Notes under the pieces: model-generated
The model's input: the letters and a program-made list of their open reading frames with translations, nothing else
Told to the model about the DNA's origin: nothing
Databases searched by the model: none
From: a virus
Length of the DNA stretch: 64,000 nt
Direction: 5' to 3' (one strand)
IMG/VR virus record: IMGVR_UViG_3300045993_000757
Span: 11,110-75,109 of that record
Shown: positions 39,701 through 51,700 of the stretch, one piece after another
How the letters are laid out: each line of letters starts with the position of its first letter
Numbering within the stretch: the first letter of the stretch is position 1
Made by a program: the position numbers and the translations under genes

Positions 39701-42700
39701 CGGAACGCGAGGCGCGCAAGGCCAAGATCGACAACATCGTCTCCCGGCTGCTCGTGGGCGATGAGGTGGACGGTGGCATTCTGGAGTCCATCGAACCCAG
39801 GGCGGAAGACGACCACTGGTTCGTGGTCCGTCACCCCGGAGGAACGACATCCGCATCCAACGTCCCGCCGATCATCGGCAAGATGTTCGACCCGGCCTGG
39901 GTCCAGTCCATTGAGTCCCGGAAGCTCACGCGCGAGAAGGTGCTGAAGGCGGAGGAGCTGAAGAAGAAGATCAAGGGCAAGGAGAAGCCCCAGGATGCTC
40001 GGGAACAGGCGGCGGCAGAGGCTCGTGCCAAGAAGGAGGCGTTCGAGCGCGCCGAGGCTGAACGCAAGGCCAAGGAAAAGGCGGACCAGGATGCGGCCCG
40101 CAACGAGTTCGAGTCGGCTTTCCAGCAGGCGAAGGCCCTGGCTCCTGGCGACAAGGTTGGAAAACGAGTCGTCCAATCCAACAACACCGAGACCACGGAC
40201 ATCCAGTTCGAGGGCGAGAACACCCCCGAGGACTACGAGAACGTCGCCGTCTTCATCATGGACGGAAACGACGTGGTGAAGGCTTCAACGCCACCGCCGG
40301 CCGCAGGCAAGACGTTCAAGGTGGGCGACCGAGTTCAGTGGATGGACGGGAAGATCACAAGGACTGGCGTCGTCCGTGAGCAAACCGCCATCGGGGTATC
40401 AGTCAACGACGATGACTCGGGCAGGAACTACCTGCTGGCTTCGAGTGACTTGACTGAACTCAGTAAGCCCGTTTCGGACCAACCCCAAGCCCCCGCGATC
40501 ATCGAGGCGTGGAAGAAGGGGAAGCGAGAACTGGCCCAGCAACTCGCCGATCGACTGCCCGAACCCGGTGACACATGGGCGTTCCGGACTTCCGACACCG
40601 GAAACCTGGCTGGGTATGGTGCCGGGGATTCCACCTTCACCCGAGACCTGACGGTGCGTGGCAAGCCTCTGTGGCAATGGATCAACGAGGCCCAGGCAGA
40701 TACCCTTCCGAAACCCGGATCCAACGCCCAGGAGAACAAGCCGGCCGCAGGGATCACCGCGGACAACCTGCACAAGCAGAACCTCCGGATGTTCACGGGC
40801 ATCCTGAAGCCCATCATCGAACGTGTCCGAGGAATCTTCGATCGCCTTGAACGGGGGAAGAAAGTCTCCCAAGATGACCATTCGTTCCTCAGTCGGTACA
40901 GGGCTTTTGCCACCGAGAAAGTTAGGTCTCTGAATGAGGGGTTTGGGGATGTCCCCGCGGAGAGCATCGCTCAGAAGTACACCGATGACTTCGAGGGCAT
41001 TGCCTTGGCCCGAGATTACACCAAGGCCCAACTGGAGGTGGAAAAGAGGCACCTCACCAAGTTTGGGCAACTGTTTCCGACGGGATCCGAAACAGGGAAC
41101 ATCATCTCAGGACTTCTGGGCCGCGTCATGGAAGCGATCAATCGCCATGATGGTGTCCCGATTCCTCGCCTCGCATCCAAGATTCCCAAACGTCCTATCC
41201 GCAAGCCCTCGACCCGCGAGCGTGCCCCCGACCTGATCGACCTCCTGATCGACACCGTGGGGAAGATCGACCCCAAGCTGATCAAGGAGGCCAATCCAGA
41301 CTTCAAGCCCACGGGCGCGGCCCGCCTGCTGTTCAGCCCCAAGGGAACTCCAGCCGACCAGGCCATGCACGCCGTGGTGGGACAGATGGGCGTCACGGCC
41401 GACATGAGCATCGACCAGTTCGCCGAGGCGATAACGGCGGCTGCCAATGGCAGGAAGGCCACACGCAAGGGCTGGGCGGCGGAAGGGGCCCAAAACGACG
41501 CGGATGCCAAGCGCGCCCTGGCGTTCCATGCGTTCCTGGATAAAGAACGCCCGTCAGGTCTTAGCGTCTCCGAGTTGAAGATGGGCGACAGCTTCACGGT
41601 GGACGGAGATCCTTTCTCCGTCATCGGGGTGGAGTACGGCGAGGATGGAGGGCCTTTCTCGGTTACCCTGGACGGCGGGAAGAAGTGGGGGACCCAGGTT
41701 GTCGATGGGAAGAAACCAGTCACGGTTGATGACGGAAGCTTCGCGGGCGTGAACGGCCCCATTGAGCCGGAGACCAGCAAGCTCCCGTCCGAAATCGCGG
41801 ACGAGATTCGTCGAGTGGTTGGATTCATCCAGGAGGTCAGGAACTACCTCAATTCCCAGCTTCAGTGGAAAGACAATCACAGCCGCTTTGTCGTGGAGGA
41901 ATACCTCAAGGACAACGCTCAGGCCATCGAAGCCGCTCAGAAGACCATTCAGGAATTCAGAGACGTTGCTCCGACTCACAACATCGACGCCGAGCTCGTC
42001 ATCGAGGAACTCGGCGGAGTTCCTGACATCACGCTTCCCCCTGAAAAACCTGCGGGCATCCCAGGCTTCTTCGACGCCATCGAGTCCGACGAGGACCGGA
42101 TCGCCCGCGAGCGCAACGAGGCCGAGCAACGCCGCGCCAAGGCCGACGCCGACAAGCTCCGCGACCTGGCCAACAAGCCGCTCAAGGGAACTGCTGGCGA
42201 CCTGGGGCAGGGGGCCCTGTTTGCGGAACCCGGCGACCAGGACTTGTTCGCCCCGCCGCCGGCCGACGTTCAGCCCAAGCGCAAGGCCATGGACGCGATC
42301 CAGGCCAAGGTGGACGCCCAGGACGCCACCAAGCGCGCCAAGATCGAGGAGCTGAAGAAGCGGCTGAAGCCGAACATGGGCGGAGAAGACATCACGCCGT
42401 TCTCCCTCAAGGAGCTTTCTCCCCAGACCAAGAACGACCTGATCGAACTGTCGGGGCTCTACCTGAGCAGCGACATCGTCTCCTTCGCCGAGTTCTCAAC
42501 CAAGCTCATCGACGACTTCGGGGACAGCGTTCGTCCCTGGCTCCAATTCGCCTATGAAAGCTCTCGGTTCTCTCCTGGTGCGACTTACAAGGGATCAATG
42601 GACCCGGCTGATTGGGTCGAACAACTCGCCAAAAAATATGACTCAGGTGCCACTCCGGATCTGGAATCAGATCGCTTCCGAACAACAGGACAACCTGGAC

Positions 42701-45700
42701 CCGATCGCGGTCCAACTGTTCAGCCTGAAAACCTCGGACCAGCTCAACCTGGTGATCGACCTGTGGCACCAGGAGATTCGCAAGCTGACACCGGAACCCC
42801 TGGTGGCGTCAGCGATCGTGGCGATTCTACCACTGATGCGCGCCCAGCGGGCGGTGAACGCCTTCCTGAGCCAGCGGCCAGCCCTGTCGTGGAACGTCCG
42901 GCAAGCCATCCCGGAACTCAACGGCCTGGACGAAGCGGTGGAACTGGGCGTGCTCGAGTATCGGCTGCGGCGCAATCAGACCTTGGATCTCCGGAAGCTC
43001 CTGTCGTCGCCCCAGACGTGGCAACTCCTCCGCCCGATTTTGGAGCGTACCCCAGCGACAACCCCGTCGCCGACCAAGCCGACGCCAACGCCCGATCCTA
43101 CCCCTGGCTCTCCGCCGATCCCGGCAACATAGAGAGCACGCTTCCGATGCTGTTCCCCAGCCAGCGGAAGAACGTCTTCCTGGCGGAGCGGCGGTTCGCG
43201 GAGACCCCGGTGGCAGCCACGCACGCCTCGGGCACCGGCCTGGGCGATCCCAAGCGCGGGATCCTGTTCACCGATGGCACCGGCACCGGCAAGACCTACT
43301 CCGGGGCAGGCATCGTCAAACGCTTCCTCATGCAGGGGAAGACGCGGATCCTCATCGCGGTCCCGAACGCCAACATCATCGAGGCGTGGAAGTCGGCGAT
43401 GAAGGACTTGGAGATCCCGCACTTCGTCCTTCCCGACACCAGCACCGCCGCCAAGGGCGTCACGCTGACCACCCAGGCGAACCTCCGAAACAACGCCGAG
43501 CTCGCCAAGCAGGACTTCGACCTGGTGGTCATCGACGAGTCTCACAACCTCCTGTCCAACGAGGCGGGTGAGGCGAACGCGGGTCTTCGGTCCTTCCGGA
43601 TGGTGGCCAACCACCCCGACAGCGTGGAGCGAAAGGCCACGAATGCCATCATCGGGCCTGCCCCGGTCCAGGCGGACTACGCAGGCGGAGGTGATTTCGC
43701 GGCTGCCCTTCACCAGTGGGACCAAAAGCGCATCGACAACATGGCGAAGATCAGCGCCGAGGTGAAGCGGATCAACGAACTGAACACCAAGGCGCTCTTT
43801 CTTTCAGCTACGCCATTCGCCTACCACACCTCGCTCATCATGGGCGACGGGTTCCTCTACTCCCTGCCCGACGACAGTCAGCGAACCGGATACAATCAGC
43901 CCAAGGGATTCGACCGGTTCCTCGCCGAGAACCTGGGATGGCGGATGCGAACTGGGAAGCTGAACAAGCCCAGCGCAAACGTGGACACTTCGGTCATGGA
44001 GATCCAACTCCACGACCTGTTCGCCAAGCGCGGGGCCATGCACGGCGTCTCGCTCGATGTTCCCCAGGACTACAGCCGGGAGTTCGTCCTGGTCCGACCG
44101 GCCGCAGCGCAGAAACTCGATGATGGGTTCTCGTTCTTCCGTGGCGGCGAGTCGTACCAGCAGCAGTACCCGATCCTCAATAAGGTCTTCAACGAGCTCT
44201 GGGACTACAACCACGTCGCCCAACTCCTCGAAGCATTGAAGATGGACTCTGCCATCGAACGCATCCGCCAGCACGTTGCCATGGGCAGGAAGGTCATCCT
44301 GCTCCACAGCTACCTGAAGGCGAAGATCCATGCCCACCCCTTCCGGTTCGAGACCTACCCGCCGGAATTCCTGATGGCTTTCAACGGGGCGGATCTCAAG
44401 GCTGAGATGGACCGTTTCCGGAACGATCATGCCGAGTGGGCCAACATCGTCATGCCCGACTCTGAGCTTTCGTTGGAGAAGATCCGCCGCGAGTTCGGAG
44501 ACTCCGTGGTCTTCAACAACGGCAAGGAGGCCCCCCGAAGTCGTGTCGAGGCGGTGATCGACTTCAACCGCGACGGTGGCGGCGTGAATCTCCTGGTCGG
44601 TCAGCTTCAGGCGACCAAGGAAGGCGTCTCGCTCCACGACAAGAGCGGGAAGCACCAGCGCGTCATGATGATGGTCGCGCTGCCCATCCGACCCACCGAT
44701 GCCATCCAGGCCGAGGGTCGCGGTTACCGGATCGGAGTGAAGACCGACGCCATCAACGAGTACATCGTGCTCCACACGATGATGGAGCGGTTCGCCTTCG
44801 CCTCGAAGATCAACGAGCGCGCGGACACCGTGGAAACCCTGGCCCTGGGATCGGACAGTCGAAACCTTCGCGACCGATTCCGCGACGGCTACCTCAATGC
44901 CATCGACGCGGATCCCAACGACCAGCAGGGCAAGGGAAGCAAGGAGGCCGACCGCCGCGCCGAGACGATGTCGGACTTCGACCGGGCCGTGTCCTTCTAC
45001 TTCGCCCGCACGAAGAAGAACTCCCGGACCAAGAGCGCCGAGGGGCTGGACTACTACCCCACGCCGGAGCCGCTGGGGCTCAAGATGGTGGAATGGGCTG
45101 ACCCAAGCGCCGGGGACGCCCTGCTGGAGCCTTCCGCCGGCCACGGGGCCATCGGCCAGTGGTTCCCCAACATCGGCCAGCACGCCTACCTGGAACCCTC
45201 CGCCGAGCTTCGCAGCGAGCTGGGAATCAAGGTGAAGGCGGGGACCGTCTACTCGACGACGTTCGAGGACTACCACATCACGAACAAGTTCGACGAGATC
45301 GTGATGAACCCGCCGTTTGGTCGGGCGGGGGCCACGGCGTTCGCGCACCTCGCCAAAGCTTTCCGACATCTGGTAATGGGCGGGCGTATCGTCGCCCTGG
45401 TTCCCGATGGGGCCAACACGAACGACAAGATCGTCGAACTCCTAAGGGCCGGGAATGATCCCACGGGGCACTATGACGGCCGAGTGTTGCGGGCGGACAT
45501 ATCGCTTCCTTCGTCCGTGTTTGAACGGGCCGGGACCAGCGTTCGGACTCGCCTGCTGATCTTCGATACGCCGACCTATTCCGATCTCCACTCCGGCCAC
45601 CGGATCGGAGAAGGGCTTGAGAACCTGTTCCCGCCCACGTTCACGACCAAGATCGAGGCCAACACCATCCAGGAGTTGTTCGACCAGATCCGCGACCTGG

Positions 45701-48700
45701 ACGTTCCGGCGCGAATCCGGAAGCCCAAGCCCGCCCCAAGCAATCCGCTGACCACACGGGACGCCATCATCCAGACGACATCCCAGGGCCCCGGCGTCGT
45801 TCCCACCCGCCAGCAGTCCACCACACCCCAGCTTCCTCCGTTGTTCAAGCTGGGTCAGACGACGCACGCGAAGAAGGGGATCCAGTTGTTCGTCGCCACG
45901 CTGACCAAGAGCTTGAGCGATGCGAACTTCTCCGTAGTCAACCGGATCGCCAAGAAGCACGACGGATACTACTCGGGGTACAACAAGGCCAACGCGATCC
46001 CAGGATTCCAGTTCGACGCCGCGGATCAACGAGACGATTTCGTCGCCGAGGTTGAGCGGGCACTCCGACCTCCCGACGAATCCACTCCGACCTACTCCCT
46101 GAAGGCGCGCGATCCGTTTGAGGTCAACGACATCACGCGCACCCGCGGGGCCATCATGGCTTCCATCGGAGTGCCGCACGTCGCGGATGCCATGACGATG
46201 ACCCCCGACGAGTTCGCCGCCGGGAAACATCCGACTGTCCTGGGGTTCTCTGGCAAGTCTCTATGGCAAGCCATCAACAGCGGGGATCCCACCCTTTCGG
46301 CGTTGCTCCGTTCGCCCGCCTATTCGCTCAAGGTCCGTCCGGTGCAGTCGGACCTGTTCGACCGGGAGACGACGCGGAGCATCGCCCAAGCCTACACCTC
46401 GGCGGGAACGTCGCTGCCGAACAACCGCCCCGCCCTGTTCTCGGTGATCGACAACGGGGACGGGTGGAAGGCGCAGAGTCGAAACATCGACTTCGGGGCC
46501 GGGAAGTCCTTGTGGATGGACGACGCCCTCAAGAGCCGGGGCGTGGAGAACCTTCGGTACGATCCATTCAACGAGGCCTCCGCCGTCAATGAGGCCACCG
46601 TCGATTCAGCTCTCCGCGCCCCGGCCGACACCTTGACCGTCGCCAACGTGCTCAACGTGGTCGCGCCGGAGGCTGCGTTGGATGAGACCATCCGTCAAAC
46701 CGCCCGCCTGCTGAAGCCGGACGGCAAGGCGTACTTCTGGGTCCACTTCGAGAACGGCAAGAAGTCCGGCGTTCCCCGCGGTCGCCCCGACTCCTGGCAA
46801 TGGCACCATAAGGCCGAGTGGTACGTCCCACACCTGAGCCGCTTCTACGGAAAGGTCGAGACCATCGGCCAGAACATGATCGTGGCCTCGCAGCCGATCC
46901 CCGTGGTGGGCGAATGGTCGCCGTCCGCGGAAGGGCCCACGTTCAGCCTCAAGCCGCGCGCCTACGACCTCACGCCGAACGGTGGGAATCCCATGGTGCC
47001 GCGCATCGGCTACCTCACCGGGAAGCACAGCGCCAAGATCCTCGCTCGCGCCCAGGCCCGCGGGGACATCGGGGCCCTGATTACGCCGACATCGTCGCAC
47101 TCATTGGACACGGCCCGGTCCTACCCGTTCTACGCCGTGGACAATGGCGTGTTCGGTAAGGCCGGGTTCAACGAGCCCAAGTTCAACGCCCTCCTGAACA
47201 AGATCCAACCGGGCGATCCCAAGGTCTTGTTCGTCGTGGCCCCCGATGTCCTGGCCCACCTTCCCAATGGCCAGGTGGTCGGGGATGCCGCGGCGACCAT
47301 CGAGCGGTTCAAGGATTGGGGCCCTCGGATCCGGGAGCGCGGTCTTCCCGTGGCTTTCGTGGCCCAGGACGGGCTGGAGGATCGGTTCAACGACATCCCA
47401 TGGGACGGTATGGACGTGCTGTTCATCGGCGGGTCCACGGGCTGGAAGCTGGGCGAGTTCGCCGATCCGGAGCGCCGGCGGCGGTGGGAGTATGTGATGG
47501 GCGAGGCGCACAACCGCGGCATCCCGATTCACATGGGGAGGGTGAACTCCAACGAGCGCCTGACGGGCCACGCCGTGGACATGGCTGCGTCCACCGCGGA
47601 CGGGACCCTCCTGGCGTTCGGGGAGGACATCAACTTGCCCAGGCTCGAATCATGGCTGGATCAGTTGAACCACGGGGGGCTGTCTTACGCGGCTCGGAAC
47701 ATGACGGAGTTGGGAAGATTGCCCACGAGGCGGGAGATTATCGACTTGGCCAGTGATCGGAATCTTGCCTATGAAACCCTCGGGGCATTTGAGCCCGCCC
47801 TGGACGAGATCAACGCCACGCGCAACGAACTTGGGCTGCCCCCAATCGCACCCCGCCAGTTCGATCCGGGCCAAGCTGAGTTCGGTTTCTCGCTGAAAAA
47901 GCCAGTCCGGATGTTCCGCAGCTACGCCGAGTTGGAAACGGGGGCTCTCCAGTTCGAGTCCTGGCGCGACTGGTACTCGGCCGACAAGGCGAACATAGAC
48001 TCTATGTTCGGTAAGGATGCCCCGCTGTTCGCACAGGTTCTCGCTGCCACGTCCATCCAGACTGAGGTTCCCGATAATGTCGGTCGAGCCTTGCGCGCCT
48101 ACATTGAGATGATTCAGGGAGCGCCATTCACTGGTCAGATCCCATCGGCTAGGGTCAATTTGGAGCGAATCCGGGATGGAGAGTCGATCCGTGGCCCCAA
48201 GATAGAACCTTTTGCTCGGGCCATCATGGGCGATGAAAGCGCGATCGCTGTTGACAGGCACGTCATCCGCGCGATCTTCGGCGAGGACGCGGTCGCTACT
48301 CCGGCACTCATAAGAAAGGCACAAGATGTCATTCGCAAGATTGCGGCGAAACACGGGTGGACTCCTCGGCAAACCCAGGCCGCAGTCTGGGCTTGGAAAA
48401 TCAATCTCAACGGGAAAACCCCCCAACGATACCTCGACTCCCTCACTCCCGATCGCTTCGCTAGCACAATCCGTGGATCAGGAGTTGAAGGACTCGTTCG
48501 ATCGCGCACGAATTTTGGACAGGGAACTCAAGCAGGCGTTGGGACCGGGGCGGCAGACACCGGATCCGGAGTTCAAACGGGAAATGAAACCCCCGCTTAC
48601 AGCCTAAAGACCCCGCCCGATCACCGGCCGCTCGCGGAGGACATCAACGCTTTCCGCACCGAGTTCCCCACGGCCCCGCCGATCGTCGTCAACCAGGACG

Positions 48701-51700
48701 ATGCCGCGCGCGGGGCCCGGTTCGAGAATGGCGAGATCGTGGTCGCTGAGACCATGATGCCCAGCAGCCGCACCGGTCGCCGGGCGGAACTCCTGGCGGC
48801 TCTCTCAGACGCCGGTCGGCTGAACATTCCCCAGGGATTCTGGGATCGAAGCTGGAAGGGTCTTGTCGCGGCTTCCCCCGTCCTCATCGAGGAGACACGC
48901 AAGTCCATTGGCGGGAACATCGACACCCAAGAAGGCCGCAATGCCATCCTGGCTGAGTTGGTGAAGCGGACATCAAAGTCCTCCGCCCCCGTGGGATTCG
49001 TGCGTTCGGCCCTGGCGTTCTTCCGTGGCCTCGACCAGACGAAGACCCCGGCCTACATCATCGCGGCCATGCAGCGGACGCTGGACCGGGTGACCGACCA
49101 GTTCACGCCACACCAGGCGGGGCCGCAGGGCGAGGCGGACTTCGGACCCACCGACACGCTCCACCAGTACATCGGCGGTCTCAACCGCGACGGATCACAG
49201 CGGGCGAGTGGCGTTCAGGAACAGGTCTTCGCCGACCAACACTTCGCCCTTTGGAACTCCTTCGAGCCTGAGCTTTCCCGCATGGAGGCGCGGCTCTCCG
49301 ATCTTCAGACGGGGCTCCTGGAGGACCACCAGTTCGAGAGTGTCCGCCAGCGGATGCAGCAGATCGCCGACACGGTCCTGGCAACGAACATTGCGAACCA
49401 CCGGCGCGCGGCCCTGAACATCGCCGCCGATGACTTCATCGACCAAGTCCAGGAGGTGAATCCTGACCTCCTCACCCGCGAGGACATCGAGAACCACAGC
49501 ATCTATCTCAACGAGGTGAAGGCCCGGCGAGCCATGTCGCTCATGCAGAACATCGAGCGGAACAAGGCGACTCGCGATTACCTGACGGACAACCTGCCCC
49601 AGTACCCGATTCAAACCCTGAACCGCCGCATCTCCCGGCAGCAGATCCGCCTGTCTGACATCGAGCAGAACCACCCCGAAATGTACGCTCGTGCCTCCGA
49701 GTTGAAGTCGCGGGTGGAAGGCGATCCCGCGGCCCGCGCCGCCGCCGATGCCATTTCCGACCCGGCCATCCAGGAGTGGGTCGAGGTCATCCATCAGATC
49801 CGCGAGAGCGGGACCCAGCCGCGCGCCCTGGCAGCCATGCCGGTGGCCATCCAGAATTCCGCCGCCGTCGCCGCCGGGGTGTTCCAGTACAAGGCCAGGG
49901 CCATGCGGCGGGAGCTGGGGGATCGCCTGGTTCGAACGACCGACACCGCCCTTCGCGCCCTCAACAAGCTCGTCGAGGAACGGCGCAATTCCCGGCAGAA
50001 GGAAGGTCAGATCGAAGTCGCCATGGTGGAGATGATCCAGGCGGCACGCGGGGACGCCGGGGCCAGCGGTGGCCTCTACACCCTGGAGGAAGCCAAGCGG
50101 ATGCGGGACATCGGGGACCGCGCCATCGCCCGGTTTGCTCGATTCCTGGGGGCTTCAGATCCCGGAACGCTGCCGGCTGAGCTTCGGGATGCCTTCATCG
50201 AGGACAACCTGATGTCCATCGGGATCGACCCGGCGACCCTGAGCGGGCCCAACTCGTTCGATCTCGACCGGATCGCCACCGATGCCGGGATCTCGCGGGA
50301 AGCCTTCCTTCAGATCATGGAACTGGCGCGCACCTCGCGCCCCTTCCAGAACATGGTGGTCGCCCTGGCCGACGAGGCCGACGAGCGCGCTGAGACCAGC
50401 ATCCTCAACGCCATCCAGCGGCTCCAACGGGTCCGCAACGAAGTCCTGAGCCGCCCCAGGGATCCGGTGGACACCACCGGCCTGACCCCCAAGGAGGCGC
50501 GCATCGCCATCGCCCGATCCGAACGTGCCATCATCCGGCAGGCGAACCAGGAGGCGCTGCTCTCCGCGGCCCCGTTCCTGCGCTCCCTGAAGCAGCAGAC
50601 CCTCGAACTCAAGCAGTCGAACCGGTCGATGGACACGCAGATCGAGCGGTTGGAACGCGAGCTTCAGACGATCCAGAACCTCTCCGACATGGCCAACGCC
50701 GTGGACGGAGCGGCCCACGAGCTGGCCCCCGACAACTTCGGGGTGGCCGAGATGGTCTACCAGACTTCGGACGGCGTCTTCATGGCGGAGTTCCTGACGG
50801 CGGAAGGAACCCAGCCCGGCGTCCGGGTCAGCCCTGGCGAGGAGTATTCGGCCGAGAAGATCATGGAGATCATCCTCTATCGGGACGCGGCCCTGCGCGC
50901 CATCGCTGCCAACGTGAACCCGCCGGAGATCACGCGCGGCTTGGAAGTCGCCGTGGACATGGTCCTCCCGCTGATCGACGCCAACTCGACCCCCGGATCC
51001 ATCGGAAAGACCCTGTCCCCGAACGGCCTGTCCGAACAGTGGACGAAGTATCCCATGGGCGTTCGAGCCGCGATGCCCCGCTTGATCCCCGGCATTTCCG
51101 GCCGGCGACTGGCGGAATCCATGGCCACCTACGCCCGTGTCGGAAGCAAGGTCACCGCCATCCTCAACAAGTACCACGCCCGCCGCGTCCAGTTGCTCAA
51201 GGCGGCGATGGACTCGATGAACCTGTCGCCCACGGACGAACTGGCGCGGTCCTCGTTCCGGCAGGTTTACAGCGAGGTGGCCCATCGCCTGCGCGAACAC
51301 GGATCCAACGTGGCTCCTGGCGATCAGACGTTCTCCGGAAATCACGGATCCATCGTGACCCCGGAGCTGATCACCCTCCTCCGGTACGACCGTGAAATCT
51401 TCAGGGCCGTCCAGGACATCGTGGAAAGCCTGCCCTACGGCGGCATCCGCGAGTCCATCCCCGGCATGGATGTCCGCCTCATTCGCCCCTCGGCCGAGAC
51501 CGGCGACGTGGGCCTGGCCCGGTCAGTGAACAAGGACTTCGAAGTCCCCCTGGCTCGCGCCTATTCCGCCGCAGTCACCCTGGCGACGAACCAGCAGAAG
51601 GTCACCGGACAGAACGTGATCCCCGACATCACCGCGTTCTGGGACATGAATCCGCACCACATCCTGTTCCACATCCTGGACGCTGGGCGGAACGACCTGG

